A DNA stretch of 64,000 bases from the human T2T-CHM13v2.0 reference genome, Homo sapiens: NCBI RefSeq assembly GCF_009914755.1, contig NC_060932.1; one strand, 5' to 3'. This document shows positions 1 to 14,334 of the stretch, one piece after another. How positions within the stretch are numbered: position 1 is the stretch's first letter; every line of letters begins with the position of its first letter. The notes beneath the pieces were generated by a model that was given only the letters and a program-made list of their open reading frames with translations, ran no database searches and was not told where the DNA came from. A program made the position numbers and the translations under genes.

Positions 1-910
1 AAACTGAAATAAGAAAACCCAACCAACAGCAAATATGCCAGGAAAGATAAAAGAGATCAGAGAAAAAACCTAGGCCAGAAGTAATGGTAGTATAAATAAA
101 TCCAAAAATATCAACAATCTTCATAAATATAAATGGACTAAATTTGTTGGTTATGAGATAGAGATCGTTGAGTTGACTACAAAGGTCCATTACAAGCTCA
201 AGATACATCTAGAACTCAAGGAAGACCGGTTAACAGTAAAAGGATAGTAATAAACCAAGAAAGTACTTAGAAATGAAAACTGGGATGACTGTGTTAGTGC
301 ACAAAATGGACTTGAGTACAAAAAAATGGATATTAAAAGGGTTACCGAATAAGGATAAACAGTTTAACCTCCACAAGAAGAAGTAACAATTCTGAACTAG
401 AATATATCTATCATATAACAAATGTTTATGAGCAAAAATCACTGGAACTCTAAGGACAAACTGAAAAATTTCCTCTTTATGAGAGCAGTTTTAAAATCCA
501 TCACTCAGTAGTCAATAGACTACAGGTAAAAACTCATAAAGAAGATTTGAACAGCATAATTAATAAGTTTATCTTATCTAGGAAAGAAGGGCACAACCTC
601 TTAAGCAATTTACCAGTAAAATATAATGATGTAACTGTATTTATTTATATAATATTGTTATTAAATAATGATAAAAACGGCACATTAAATATAGTAATAC
701 CTAGAAAAATACATTTCCATAAAGTGCAAATATTAAAAAGGAAGTCTGAAAAGTAATGATTTACTTTAAATTAAAAATTTAAGCCAACAAGTTATGAGAA
801 GAAACAAAATAGAACTGAAGACCACAGAGAAAAAGATAGTAGGAAAAAAAAGTGTGAAATATAATAAGAAAAAATAAGTGTGAAATTGATGAAATAAGAT
901 ACAAAGTTAC

Positions 911-1257
911 ATATATGTATATGTATATTATATATACATATTATATATAATATAGATATATATATCTTTATTATATATACATAGTATATATGATATAGAT
1001 TATTATATATTATATATAATTATATATAGTATATAATATTTATAATATATAATATATAATATATTATATAATATATTATATATAATAATATATAATATAA
1101 TATATAATATATAATATTATATATAATATAGATACATATAATATGTATATATATAATATAGATATATATCTATATTATATATAACATGTATATATAGATA
1201 TATATCTATATTATATATAATATGTATATATAATATATAATATATATATATATATAT
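911..1257. repeat. Interrupted (TA)n / AT-rich simple repeat, ~350 bp
   Basis: Almost pure A/T with TATA and TAATA units. Confidence 0.95.
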
Positions 1258-1594
1258 CTTGACCAACAGATCTTAGCAAACTAAACTAAAATAAGAAACT
1301 TTCTTAACTTCTTAACCTAAGGCCTATTTAGTAAAACCTAATGCAAATATCATGCTTGATGATGAAATATTAAAATCACTTCATTTGAAATCATTTCAAC
1401 CCAGGATGTCTGCTACTATTGCTCCCATGTAGATTTTATTGAGGATCTTTGTAAGTAAAATACCAAAACAGGATATAAGAATAGATCATGGAAAAGAAGA
1501 AATGAACTTATCTGTCCACAGTATTTGTCAGAGAATCTGTAGACATATTACTAGAAATAAAAAGTTCATCAGATTTGTACAAAATCTAAAAATA

Positions 1595-1869
<275 letters not shown>

Positions 1870-4800
1870 TTAATTTACTATGCCCCAGTAAAAATATTTT
1901 GAAAGTATAAACTTCAAAATATACTATTCACAAGAGCAACAAAAATATAAAGTACCTAGGAATAAATCATAAGGTGCAGAGAAAGTATTTGAAAAAAAAG
2001 TATATTTTACTAAAAGATATTACAGAAAATTAATTTATAAAAACTTAAAATTAACAGACATGTTTTATGTTCATGCAAAAGAAATATCAATAAAATAATA
2101 CTGTCAATTTTTTAAAATCAAATCTATTCATAAACATAATACAATTTTAATAAAAATCTTGTTAGGGTTTAATCAGCATCTGACAAAAGTCTAAAAATGC
2201 ACAGAAAAGATCACTAAAGAAGTGAGAAAATTTTGAATAAGAAAAGTCAGGTGGGTGTGCTCATCGTACCAAGTGTTAAGACTTACAAAGCTTTATTTTA
2301 AGAAAACGGTATGGAAAAAGAGACAGAAAAATAGAACAACAGTAAAGAAATGAGTCCAAGAATTGACTCACAGACTTACAGAAAGTTAATAAATGACAAT
2401 GTTGTCTTTTCAGATAAGAAAAGAAAAAAGCATAAAAAAAGTAAAACTTTTAAGTTATTCAGAAAAAAAAGGAGTATTAAGACAGTATTTAAATATTGCA
2501 GATAAGAGGAGGAATTTCTTAAACAAGAGAAATAAAGAACAAAGTCTAAAGAAAATGATTAACAAATTTGACTGTGTCCTAACTCCAAATGCCTGTGCAG
2601 CAAAAGACTTTAAATGTAAACAAAACAAAAACCCAGGATAGTCTACGGAACAATATTTGGAATGTGAAAAATTGACAAAGTCAGTATTCCAAATAGAGGT
2701 TTGAAACTATAAATCAAAAAGAAAAAGAAAAGTCAGTAGAAAAATGGAAAAATATATAAAAAGGCAATTCACAGAATAGGAAATACAAATGGCCAATAAA
2801 CATATGAAAAAATGTGCAACCTCTCTAGAAGACAGTTAAATGAAAATTAAAGTCCCAGATACAACGTTTCAGTCCTAAAATAGAGAAAAATGTAAACCGT
2901 CCAACACTCACAAATGCAGGTGAGGACGTGGAGCAGCAAACAGGACTTCTTGTCACTGCTAAGGAAATATAAATTGTTTTAATCATACTGGAAAACAGTT
3001 TGTTAAAATCTGGCATGTATGAGTTGTGTATAATTTTTGTCCCAGCAATTCCAATCCGAAACATATATTATACAGATTAAGAAGGCATGTACAAGAATGA
3101 TTATGATAGCATTGTGTGTTATAGCAAATAACTGGAAAATGAAATGTTTTTAATAGGAGAATGAGTGGATAAACTGGGGCATATACACCAAAAGTAATAC
3201 AGATACGAATAAAAAATGAGTCATCAAGCATTGGTATATAGTCTTGGATGAATCTCACAAATCTTATGATTGTCACAAATATTATGAAAAGACCAGCAAA
3301 TTGTCCATAAATTTTCCAGAATGCCATAATTTAGGGAACATTTAATAGCATGAAAGAGTGTACTACATAAACTTTAAGATACAAACACATGTAGTAAAGG
3401 ACAATGAAATGCATAGGAATGAGAAAACTAAACTCGTTGTAGGGCAACCCTGATGGAAATTGGGGCATACACTTAAGAAACCTACAAGAGAGGTTTCAAC
3501 CACATTTGTGACTTTGGGTGCTGAATACGCAATTGTTTATAATACTATTATTTATGCCTTTTTGTATGTCAAAACTACTTCATAGCTTTTATTCTCAGGA
3601 AGATACAGACAGTGAAATGAGCGTAGAAAAGTCTAATCTGATGTTTTTGTGTATTTATTTATTTATTTATTTATTTATTGAGCAGTAACCGAGTCCTGGG
3701 GAGAGCAAATAATTCAATCAGTGCTATCTAGTTAATGACAGAATTAGGATGAAAAACGATGGATCTGACTCAAACTCCACTGATTTAATATTTCCTATTG
3801 CTAAGGAACGTTAAAGGATAAGATCGTTTAGCCCCTTTTGCAGTTAGGAAAATTGATTCTGAAGGGAGTTTAATTGACTGCTTACAATTAAAGCAGAATC
3901 AGAATATAGATCAGCTTTTTTTTTTTTTATCCTGACATAGTCAATAAAAAGATTTGTCAGTAAAAGTGGCTCAAATGGCTGTGATTTTATAAACTTGGGT
4001 AAAGGCAAGCATGATATATTCAAGTTCCCAGAAGGAAGTTGCCTGATTGAAAATGGTCACTGGCTGATTCTGATATATTGTTTCCCTTTGCCAGTGGTAG
4101 AAAGGATTAGGGGGAAATCTTTTTACCCATGGAAGTAAACAGTTCACGTTCAGTTCAGAAGAGCTGTACAAATATTTTTGTTGTTCATGTGTTACGTACT
4201 GGGCATGTATGAATTAGATGACACATATTAGTGAAAACTGTGTCTGTGTTTGCACACACAAATTTTTTTTTAAGTTGATGACAGAAAAGGGCATTAGCTG
4301 CAAATATGCAACTTTATGGGACTTAAATATGTTGGCGGGGGGTGTTGGCAAATTGTTTAAGTAAAATCCACCTGTCGAGGCAGAGGTCAAAATTCCAAAG
4401 AGGGGACAGTGCGACCCCCAGATAAATGAGAGAATGGTCTCCTGTTATGGATTTGTACCTATCAGGTGGTGTCCATAGTACACCACCTATCATTTTATGT
4501 ATTAGACAATATCCCGCTGAGAGAATGAAACCTTCAGGAGCAGAAAAATTTCACCAAGATTCTTTTCAGTTAATCACTGAGACAAAATCCAGCTTCTTTC
4601 TCATCTCCTTACAAATCCATTAATTCTAAGATTTGTCTTGATATCTGAGGGGTCTCCTTTCTTCCCCCATGTCAGCTGAGCTAATTTACCTTCTTTTGTT
4701 TTGGTAACTAGAAATGGAGATAGATGGGTAATAAACACACCTGTTTAGGTGTTCTAAGAAGCTCCCAGGCAAATTTATAGGTATAGAGGAAATTATATAG

Positions 4801-4941
4801 AAATCTTTAGAATTAAAAAAAATTCAAACCCAACAAAATTAGTAAATCTAGCAGGACTTCTGGAATCAACAGAACAAATATAGGAACAACCTAACCGATT
4901 TGCCCTCAGGTTCTTACTACTACATGGAGAAAATAGACTAT

Positions 4942-5280
4942 GAGAGGTTTCAACCATATTTTGTAACATGGAGTGTTGCACACAAAATTGTTAATAATGT
5001 TATTATTTATGCATTTTTGTACGTTAAAACTATTCATAGCTTTTTATCTCAAAAAGATACAAATAATGAAATGAACCATAGAAATATGTCAGAACTATTT
5101 TATAGCTTTTTTCCTCAAAAAGACGCAGGTAGTAAACCATACAAAAGTCTAATCTGATGTTTTTATTTATATTCCTGAGTAGTAACTCAGCAGTAACCGA
5201 GCCATGGAGGGAGAAAATAACTTAATCAATGCGTTCTAACTAGTTAACGACACAATTAATACTAAAAATCCACATACCTG
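4942..5280 (+). repeat. Diverged local duplicate of 3488-3770
   Basis: Shared anchors gagaggtttcaacca, aaaagtctaatctgatgttttt, agcagtaaccgag and ctagttaa occur in the same order in both copies. Confidence 0.85.
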
Positions 5281-7469
5281 GCTTAGTGTGATAGAGAAAA
5301 GTATAGAGTGGTGATATACAAAGACCATGTAAGCAGTAGTAGTTGTGGAATCTCCAATAAAAATATGAGTGCAGCTCCACTCAAGGGAGAGTGTCCTGAA
5401 ACTTTCAGCGGGAACACTGACGATTCTTATGGAACAGGGTGGTATGAATATAAAGAGGAGAGTGGGTAGATGTTCCCTTACTCCACAAGAAGCTTCCTCT
5501 TGCCTGGGAACCTGTCAGGGGTCTGTCTAGGACCTTATGGTAGTGTTGATGAAAGTTGTGGGACAGGAACCAAGAACATCCTGTAGGAAGGACACTTTTC
5601 ATTGATCCCTTAATTTGACAGACACTTAAGAAAAGAGAGAATATCAAGGCCCCAGTTAGTTGCAGCCTCTGAGCCCCTGAGTCCCACCCAGGAAGGAGAG
5701 GAAACCATTATTTGTAAAGCAATCTGCTCTATCCATTCCTGACTTACAGCAATTATTCTCTAAGCCACTCTAAAAAGGACAGCCTTTGGATTAAAAAAAA
5801 AAAAAAAAAAAAAAAAGACAAAGTCCAGTCAAAGCCAGGGAATAAGTTAACCAAAAATAAACTGGAAAAACATTTAATGATTATATTAAGAGGCAGAAGT
5901 CCAGATGCACACAGCGGGGCCCCAGCTAAAGTTACAGATGGTTTTATTCAAAACATCAACCAAAAAAACTAACTCTTTAGGCCTACCACTAACATGCAGA
6001 CTCACTCCAGGGGCCTTGGGATTCTGTAATCAAACCTGACTAATTGTCACATCACTATAGTGTCAACAAAAGAGGGAAATTTAATAAGGCATGGCTCAAA
6101 GATACTGACACCCATCTCTGACTTAAAATGAATTACAAGAACTTGCTAATATTCTCAACAAACTGCTAAATGATATTGCCTTACTATACTTACAGATTCT
6201 TAAGACTGGGTGTGATGTCCTATCTAGATGATGATAATCTAAACACAGTCAACAATGTTAATGCTTTAATATTACTATTCAAAATCACCTTACATACATT
6301 CCTTCCAAAAATTAATAAAACATTTTAAGTATTCAAAAAATGATATAACAGAAATCTGCTTTACCTTTCATTGAGATTAAACAGATGCCAACATGTACTA
6401 TTTGCAATAGACATCTTTGCATTTTTAAAGAAATATTTTTAAAAATACATTTTTTCCACCTTTTTCCCAAGTAAACATTGTTTGGAAGTTAGTGTTTATC
6501 ATTCCCACATTTGCTTCATTGATACATGTGCTATAACAATCAATTTTTGAATTTCTCGTAATGGGTATATACATTTCTATTTTGTATATCATAGATATAT
6601 GTTTTGAGATGCATACAGATTCAAATTTTTCTCATATTCTGGTGAATTATTTATTTCACTATAATGTAGTTACTATTTTTGATAATACCTTTTATTATTT
6701 TCATCTTTGATAATTATTATAATATTCTTGATTTATTCTTTTCCTGATCTTTTTTCTTTTACATAGAAGAACTATTATAAAAGCCTCAATGGAAATATAT
6801 ATAATGGTTTTAATAAGATGAAGTATATAGGGGTTATTGGTACTATATCAAAGGACCTTAAATCTGTAATATGAATTTCACTGGCTTCCAAGAATGACAT
6901 TAGTCTAGAAGCTTGCCTGATGGTATATTAGTAAGACTCAAACAATTACAGATAATGGTCATTAATTCCTGGAAGAGATGTGGCGTGATATGTCTCATGA
7001 CTGCTATGTCTTAGCTCTGACAAGTTGCTTAACTCTGACAAGCAGTAACATAAGCAAGAAATAGACTTACTGCTTTCTCAACTTAAGAAAGCAGTAAGCA
7101 TATTTCTCTACTCTAGCCTGGGATATTCTTAATTCTGTTTTTATTTTCCTAGTGTATTTATTTGCTTTTTTGTTAGACAGGATGGATGATCTCTTAGGGA
7201 CCACTGTCACTGTAAAATAATTTACAGTGAGTGGGATTGCCATCTGGGAGAATAGTAACTATTACCAGCTACCATGAAGTACTCCCAGACCCTGGATATA
7301 TTCCCCGCTGGCTGTGTAAGTTCTGTGTTATTGGGCAAGTAGAATGCAAACAGTATCCAGTAAGACATTGTAGCAGAGGTAAACACCCCCTACTCAGATA
7401 TCACTATAATGACTAATACTCTCCATATCTGTTTTCTGACAACTAAGTAGGAGGTAACTTGAGCCTTGA

Positions 7470-7567
7470 TGTGACAAGTGTCGTCCCCGGACTAACAGCA
7501 TCAGCTTTGCAGCCCCAGCTCTACTAAATCAAAACCTGTATTTTAACAAGATCCCCATTTATAGTTT
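7470..7567. mobile_element. MER5-like hAT-Charlie MITE fragment (interrupted by an Alu)
   Basis: cagcatcag...ctactaaatcaaaacctgtattttaacaagatcccc...agtttgagaa resembles MER5A/B. Confidence 0.5.
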
Positions 7568-7577
7568 GAGAATTGAC

Positions 7578-7861
7578 GGCCTGGCACAGTGGCTCATGCC
7601 TGTAATCCCAGCATTTTAGGAGGCCGAGGCGGGCAGATCATGAGATCAGGAGTACATAGTGAAACTATGTCTCTATTAAAAATACAAAAAATTAGCCAGG
7701 CATGGTGGCAGGCGCCTGTAATCCCAGCTACTTGGGAGGCTGAGGCAAGGAGAATCGCTTTAACCTGGGAGGCAGAGGTTGCAGTGAGCCGAGATTGTGT
7801 GACTGCAGTCCAGCCTGGGTGACAGTGAGAGACTCCTTCTCAAAAAAAAAAAAAAAAAAAA
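7578..7861 (+). mobile_element. AluS with a small left-arm deletion
   Basis: ggcctggcacagtggctcatgcc start, A-tail, TSD gagaattga. The tcgagaccagcctggcc (B-box region) segment is missing. Confidence 0.93.
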
Positions 7862-8059
7862 GAGAGAGAATTGATGATCTAGAGGGAATACGTGTGACAT
7901 GTGGATGGAATATGGGGTATGCTAGAGGAGACACACTGGATAAGAGAAATAACACGTTTAAAGACAGGGAAACATAAATAAGCATGAACTATTAGGAAAA
8001 TTTTAGCTGGAAGGCTCTTTTTTCTTTACACATCCTAATAAGTGCCTGAGTGAGTGGTA

Positions 8060-9370
8060 GCAGTAGCAGCATTAACGATAGGAATAGTGGCAGCAGGAGT
8101 CATCATAGTAAGAGAAGCTAGAGACATGGGCAAGAATTCAGTTATGAAGAGTTGAAGGTGATTGTTAAAGTTCTGATGGAATTTAACGGGAGAGTGATGT
8201 AATGGAATGTATTTGCAAAGATCATTGTAGCAGCAGAATTCTGATAAGATGGAGGAAAGAAAAGCCAGAGTGAAGCAGACCATTAGCAGATAATTGTCAT
8301 AATCTTGATACTAAATGGAGACCAGAATTAAGGTAGTTACTGTGGAGATTTAAAGAAAGGGTGATTATTCAGAAGAGAGAATTCACAGGCTGGGTGACCC
8401 ATTGGAGGAAGGAGATGAGGAAGATGGAGTCATCAAGAATGACCCTAAGTTCTCACTAGCTGAGGTTGGGTCTCCCAGGAAGCAGACACAGCGGCAGAGA
8501 TTTTTGTGCAGGGAGTTTATGGAGGAGAAGTTAGGAATAACACCTGTAAGAGGGTGAGGGAAGAAGTGGAATTGGGCAAAGGGAGATGTGGAAGTGTGAT
8601 GTAGTGGCACTGGAGGCTACATGGAGCTCTGGAGTTGCAATGGCCCATCACAGTGGCCCCAAGTAGAGACAATGAGGGTGAGCCTTTGTTCTCCATATTT
8701 AGTAATCACTGGATGTGGGCTACCCCAGGAAGGGGATACAAGCTTGGGTAAAAGAGATTCCTTTAGCTGAGGGCATTTCCTGGGGAAGTACACATTAATG
8801 AGTTGTCAGCATTCCTGTAGCAACTGGGGAAATGCAGGCCTCAGTCTTAGGGGTGAGATTAAGCTGGCACAGCCCACAACACAGTGTTCTTGTCTTGCAT
8901 GTTCAGGCTGGAGATTTTAACATGCATTAAAATGAAAGAGTTCAGAAGAAGAGACAGATGTGTTAATAAATGGACATGTTTGATTTGATCAACATACTAG
9001 AGTTGATAATAAATTTATTAGATATAGGGGCCTTGAATTAACAGAGAGATCTGGAAATATAGATTTAGGAAGCTTCAGCCTGTAAATGGCAGTTGAAGCC
9101 ATACTTATTGCTGAAATTGCATACAGTCAGAACACTGAATACAGAAACTTGAAGAACAACATCATTTCAGTCAGGAGTACCAAAAAGAGCTTTTAAGAAA
9201 ACGGAAGCAGAAAATGGCATAGAAGAAGCTGAACCTAAAATATTCAGTGAGTAATAGTCTCCTGTGCTTTGAAGGGCACCAGCAGTGTAAGGAAGGCTAT
9301 TTGTAAGGGATTTGGCATTGTGCCTGTCAGTGACTTCAGTGAGTGACAGCAGGGTCAGTGGAGTGACAGG
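8060..9370 (-). mobile_element. L2 fragments (split by an LTR)
   Basis: GA-rich degenerate sequence typical of the L2 minus strand; boundaries approximate. Confidence 0.4.
8460..8880 (-). mobile_element. Old ERVL-type LTR (LTR16/LTR33-like)
   Basis: gggtctcccaggaagcagacacagcggcagagatttttgtgcagggagtttat resembles the reverse 3' end of these LTRs; family from memory. Confidence 0.45.
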
Positions 9371-9623
9371 TAGTGAGGGCTTGTAGATAAACCAGGTACG
9401 TTACTTTTTCAATAAATAAATTGCTCATATTGATTGCTAAAACTAAGAAAGCAGTAATAATTGGGGAGCTAAGGAAGAGATCATTGGAGGAGAGGTGAAT
9501 GTGTCATTTACGGTCCTGGCAGGGAGGAGATGGCATACTCAAATTGAATAATTAGAGGGAAGTTCAGTAAAAGACAACTTTTAAAGGTATAAATTAGGTG
9601 AAAGGTAGGCCATGCAAGGACCC

Positions 9624-9986
9624 TGTATTAGTCCATTCTCACACTGCTATAAGGACATACCTGAGACTGGGTAATTTATAAAGGAAAGAGGTTTAATTGA
9701 CTCAAAGTTCCACATGGCTAGGGAGGCCTCACAGTCATGGCAGAAGGCAAATGAGAAGCAAAGACATGTCTTATATGGCGGCAGGCAAGAGAGTGTATAC
9801 AGGGGAATTCCCCTTTATAAAACCACCAGCTCTCATGAGACTTATTCACCATCATGAGAACAGCACAGGAAAGACCCACCCCCATGATTCAGTTACTTCC
9901 CAGAGGGTCACCCCTATGACACATGGGAATTACAGGAGCTACATTTCAAGGTGAGAGTTGGGTGGAGACACAGCCAAACCATATCA
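9624..9986 (-). mobile_element. THE1 (MaLR) solo LTR
   Basis: tgtattagtcc...cagccaaaccatatca termini; 5-bp TSD gaccc/gaccc. Confidence 0.93.
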
Positions 9987-11718
9987 GACCCCAAGGCTGT
10001 TAAGATTATGGTCATGAGAGAGAGAGAGAGAGATACAGAAATGGAGGAAGGGGGAGGGAAAGAGGAGGAGAAAGAGATAGAGATTTACTGATTTGTGTTA
10101 AGAGGGTGGCCTGACATTAGCTATGACCCCTTTGGTTGAAAGATTTAGTCAATCTATATCCTCCAGGATTCTCCAGATGATCCTCTAGGAAGAGAAAAGG
10201 GACATTAAATACCTGATCCCACACTCCTTCCTTCCTTTATTCTTTTTTTGGTATTCTCCATTCAAACTAAGTTGAAGTCAGAAGGCAAAGGATCCTTTGA
10301 TGTAGTCCATTCAGAGCAGAAGGAGAAGAATGCAGAGTGGATCTGCAGGGACAAATAGAAGATGCAGCGCAATGGAGATACTGTTTAATGCCGCAGGGGA
10401 CCTGGGCTCTTTTCGTCTCTCCTATGTAAAGAGAATTTCCTCCATCCAAGTAAAACTGATGCGATCGGTCAGCTTTCTAGACAACAGAAATAAATAATTC
10501 TCTCTGTGAGGAATGACAAATATTCCTATGACTATGAAAACTATAAATCTACTTTCAATTTATAATCTTAGAAAGATTCAGGGAAATGAACCATCTATGA
10601 TATAGTAAAATGCACCAGAGACTGCACATTCTTAATAATATGTCGATTATGATAGTAGATTGTAGAAAAAAACACATAGTGTTAGAGTTTTACCTTTACC
10701 AATTGCCTCTTTGTTTTGTGGGTTTTTTGTTTTTTGTTTTGTTTTGTTTGTGTTTGGTATGAAGAAATGGAAAGCAGAGAAGCTTGGAGATTTACCAGGA
10801 CTGAATTTCTTCACAGTCAACAATTGGCTCTTAAACTTGCAAAATATTTGGAGCATGTGTTTTTCTTTGCTTGTTAGTTTTCCCACACTACAGTTTTTCT
10901 AGATTTTGCTAATCCAAGTGCCTGGCTCATTTTTCCCTCAGCATCCTTATGCATTTCCTCCACAGATCAAATTCCCTGCCTAAATTAGTACACATTTTTG
11001 TTCTTGAAGAAAGAACCGAATCAGAAAGAGAATCAAAATAGACCATTATTGTCCTGGCATGAAGACAAGCAATTATTGTATTCTTCATTGCAGTTTTTTC
11101 ACTTAAAATCATCCCAGAGTCGTATAAGAGATTTAATAAAAATCATTTATCATGAATTTGATTTTTAAATTTTTAAAGTTACTTATTTGTTGTTGTTTTA
11201 GTGACAGATATATTTGGCTTGGAACTATTTGGGGACAAACTGAAAAAAAGAGAAGAAGCAGGTGAATTCTTTCAAAAGAGGTTTACTGTTTTTTCCTCTT
11301 CCAGCCTTGGTTTACTTTGAGAAAAAAAGCCTAGGGTGTATAGAGAGAGGGAAGGTGTGAAAGGGTGGTTTGGAGAGAGCCCTGGGAAGCCTATGGAGCC
11401 TTTAGTGGTCTTTAGCGCATTTAACACTAGAAGACAGAGCCCTTCAGGAGGCGCAGGGAAGGACACATGGATTCTGGCCCCTAGGCTGATGAAAGAAGGG
11501 CAGAAGTGATCCCCAGAGGGATTTCATTTGCAAGTAACCACTGATGCTGCTGCATGTGCCAATGGATTTTCTGAAGTTCCTAATTGCTCTTTGTGGTATA
11601 GTTTGAACTATAAATGAATTTCTAGGAGTGTTGATTCCTGCCCTAATCTGCATATTTGTGAACATTTTCTCTGGGCAGCCTTAGCCCTCGAAATAAGCTT
11701 AACATTGCTTTAATGAGG

Positions 11719-12037
11719 TGATATGGTTTGGCTCTGTGTCCCACGTGTGAAGTGACAGACATGGTAGGAGGTGATTGGATCATGGAGGTGGTTTCCTCCA
11801 TGCTGTTCTCGTGATAGTGACTGAGTTCTCATGAGATCTAATGATTTAAAAGTAGCACCTCCTGCTTTGCTCTCTGTCTCTCCGGCTGCCTTCCTTCTCC
11901 TTTGCCTTCCGCAATGATTGTAAGTTGTGTGAGGCCTCCCCAGCCATGCAGAACTGTGAGTCAATTAAACCTCTTTCCTCTATAAATTACCCAGTCTCAG
12001 GCAGTTCTTTATAGCAGTGTGAAAGTGGAATAATACA
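11719..12037 (+). mobile_element. THE1D-like solo LTR with a short 5' internal deletion
   Basis: tgatatggtttggctctgtg...taataca termini; 5-bp TSD tgagg/tgagg. Confidence 0.92.
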
Positions 12038-14334
12038 TGAGGTATCAATTGCAGGATATGTTTACGCTTAGAAACTTCATTACTCACATCCATGTATGGA
12101 TTGAGTCGGTAGACAACACTTTAGACAACTTGTTATTTAACAAATAAGATGGCCTTGATTTATCTTCTAATCAATAATTATGGAAAAAGAATTTGAAAAC
12201 TTTTTTTGGTAGAATAGGGAGTGAATTAGGTGTAGATATTCACTGTTGTCAAGATTAAATGCAAACTCTGTTGTCAAAAGGTCCTACTATGGGTGTCTTA
12301 GATGTTTGTCTCAAACCAATATTTATGCAATCATATCACAATCTAAATGAGAAACTTACCTTTGTAATAGAACTGCCAATTTTTACAAGGAACTTTAAAA
12401 CTATCTAAAATTTATAATTTACTTTTTCAATTTTTAATGGTGCACAACCCATGTGCCAGAAGGGTTTGGGTTCCTGTTTATACAGAAGTGAACAAGCAAA
12501 TTCCCTGTCTTCATGGAACTTGCCACTTACTGCTTAGTAATACAGCCAGTGGGAAAACACACCCTTTCAGATATACCTCAAGGATATCCAAGGTAAATGG
12601 CACATAAGTAGAGATTAGTCGTTTACGGTATGAACAGCAAAAAAGCCTCCTTCTATAGAATCTGCGCTGTTTTATAGTTAGCATTGGATGTAGGAAAAGT
12701 TTTTCTTTGTTGTTTTCACCTCTGTCTGATGAGTATGACCACCTCACTTTCTTGGAAGCTTCTCCCTTCCAATCTGGAATCTATCCTGTACCACCATATT
12801 AACTTGAGTATGACTGTTACTCATGGAAAACAGCTTAAAGGAGACACTTCTGGAGTTATTATATAATAAAAATAATGTCTCAAAAAAACAATAAAAATGG
12901 TAAGCCTTTCAAAGTCACAAGATGTAAAGTAAGATGTCAATTTGACAGGGAGTTTGTGTTGATATTTTTGATATAAGGACTTGCCTTAGTTAATTCATCG
13001 TTTAACCCTGCTTAGTTAAATATGAGCAGGGGTCTTCTCACAATGCTTATTTTGCTTTGATGTGACTGAGTCCAAACATCTATCAGCATTTTTTACTGGA
13101 TCACTGGAAGATGCCTTTGGCATTTTTGGAAGGTTGACAGAAACTCCAGCCAGGTTAACACAAACAACAACAACAACAACAAAAAGAGCAAATAACGCTT
13201 CATTTTTATTAACAATGAACACGTTGTTAAAATGAGCGCCTTTATTTTTAAGACCCCACTTCTACCAGCCTTTCTCAAGTTTATTCCTTAGAAACTTCCT
13301 TGAATACTAGGATTTAGTAAGGACTTTGGAAAAAAAAAAAAATCCAAGCAGGATGTCTCTGTGGCATTCCAAGTCAAGAGTATTTATCAACAGAAATTTC
13401 TATTTTTATAAATGTCTGAGATCATGTGAGTTTAAAAGAAAGAGTGGTCTATTTATTATAGTGAGGCCTTTTATGTTCTCCCATGACAGGAGCAAGCACA
13501 AGACGAATAATTTATCTTTTCGCTCTGTATTTACTTTGAGAACAGTAACTCTTCCAGCACTGATTTATGTATGTGCCAAAAATTATTTCTGCTAAATATT
13601 TCCATGTTATATATATAGAATCCTCAATTTTCAGAGCACTGTAGTAATTTGTTAAAATAAAGATATATTGGTATTTCTGTAATATAAAACTGCACTGATC
13701 TACATTAATTAACAAAAATCAGGATGAATTGAAGATGTGTCAATTTCTGATGCTTGAAGAAAGCCAGTTTTATTACTTCCACATTCATATATATATGTAT
13801 ATATATATGAGTGCGATTGTTACTCATCAAAGTCTTTATATATATTTCATAAATAAGCAAAGATGAGCTACAGTTATATCTATCTGTAACCTTATTATCA
13901 ATCAAGGAAAGATTCTAAAATTATGTTTTATGAGCATTGCAAATCCTGCTGTGAAAATGTATGTTCTCTCTACCCAAAATTGTGTTTTATCATAGTTATA
14001 GCTGTGTTAAGCTTGAGCACACTTTATCTGAGAATATCATGCATTCTGAAATGTGTAATCTTAATCAATAATATTTTCCACATGAGAAGTTATCAGTTTT
14101 CGAATGGCACTCATGTGAGTTTGCACAGCAATTTATACATACTTCACTGTGTAGAAGGAGACACAGCACAGGCTTGAAATAAGTATCTTGATAAAATAAA
14201 GGATAATGCACTATTCCTATTGGATGTAAATTCTAGAAATGGCCTTGAATCAGCATATTCACAGGCCATATTCCCCCCAATAAAGTTCATGGGGATACTG
14301 CTCACTTTCTGTACTTGCCTTTCAGTACTTTCTA

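Noticed and set aside
5793-5816. Isolated A24 run as a retrocopy tail
   Set aside because: No spaced upstream polyA signal or flanking TSD found.
13191-13246. Imperfect inverted repeat
   Set aside because: Needs several gaps and is AT-rich; plausible by chance.
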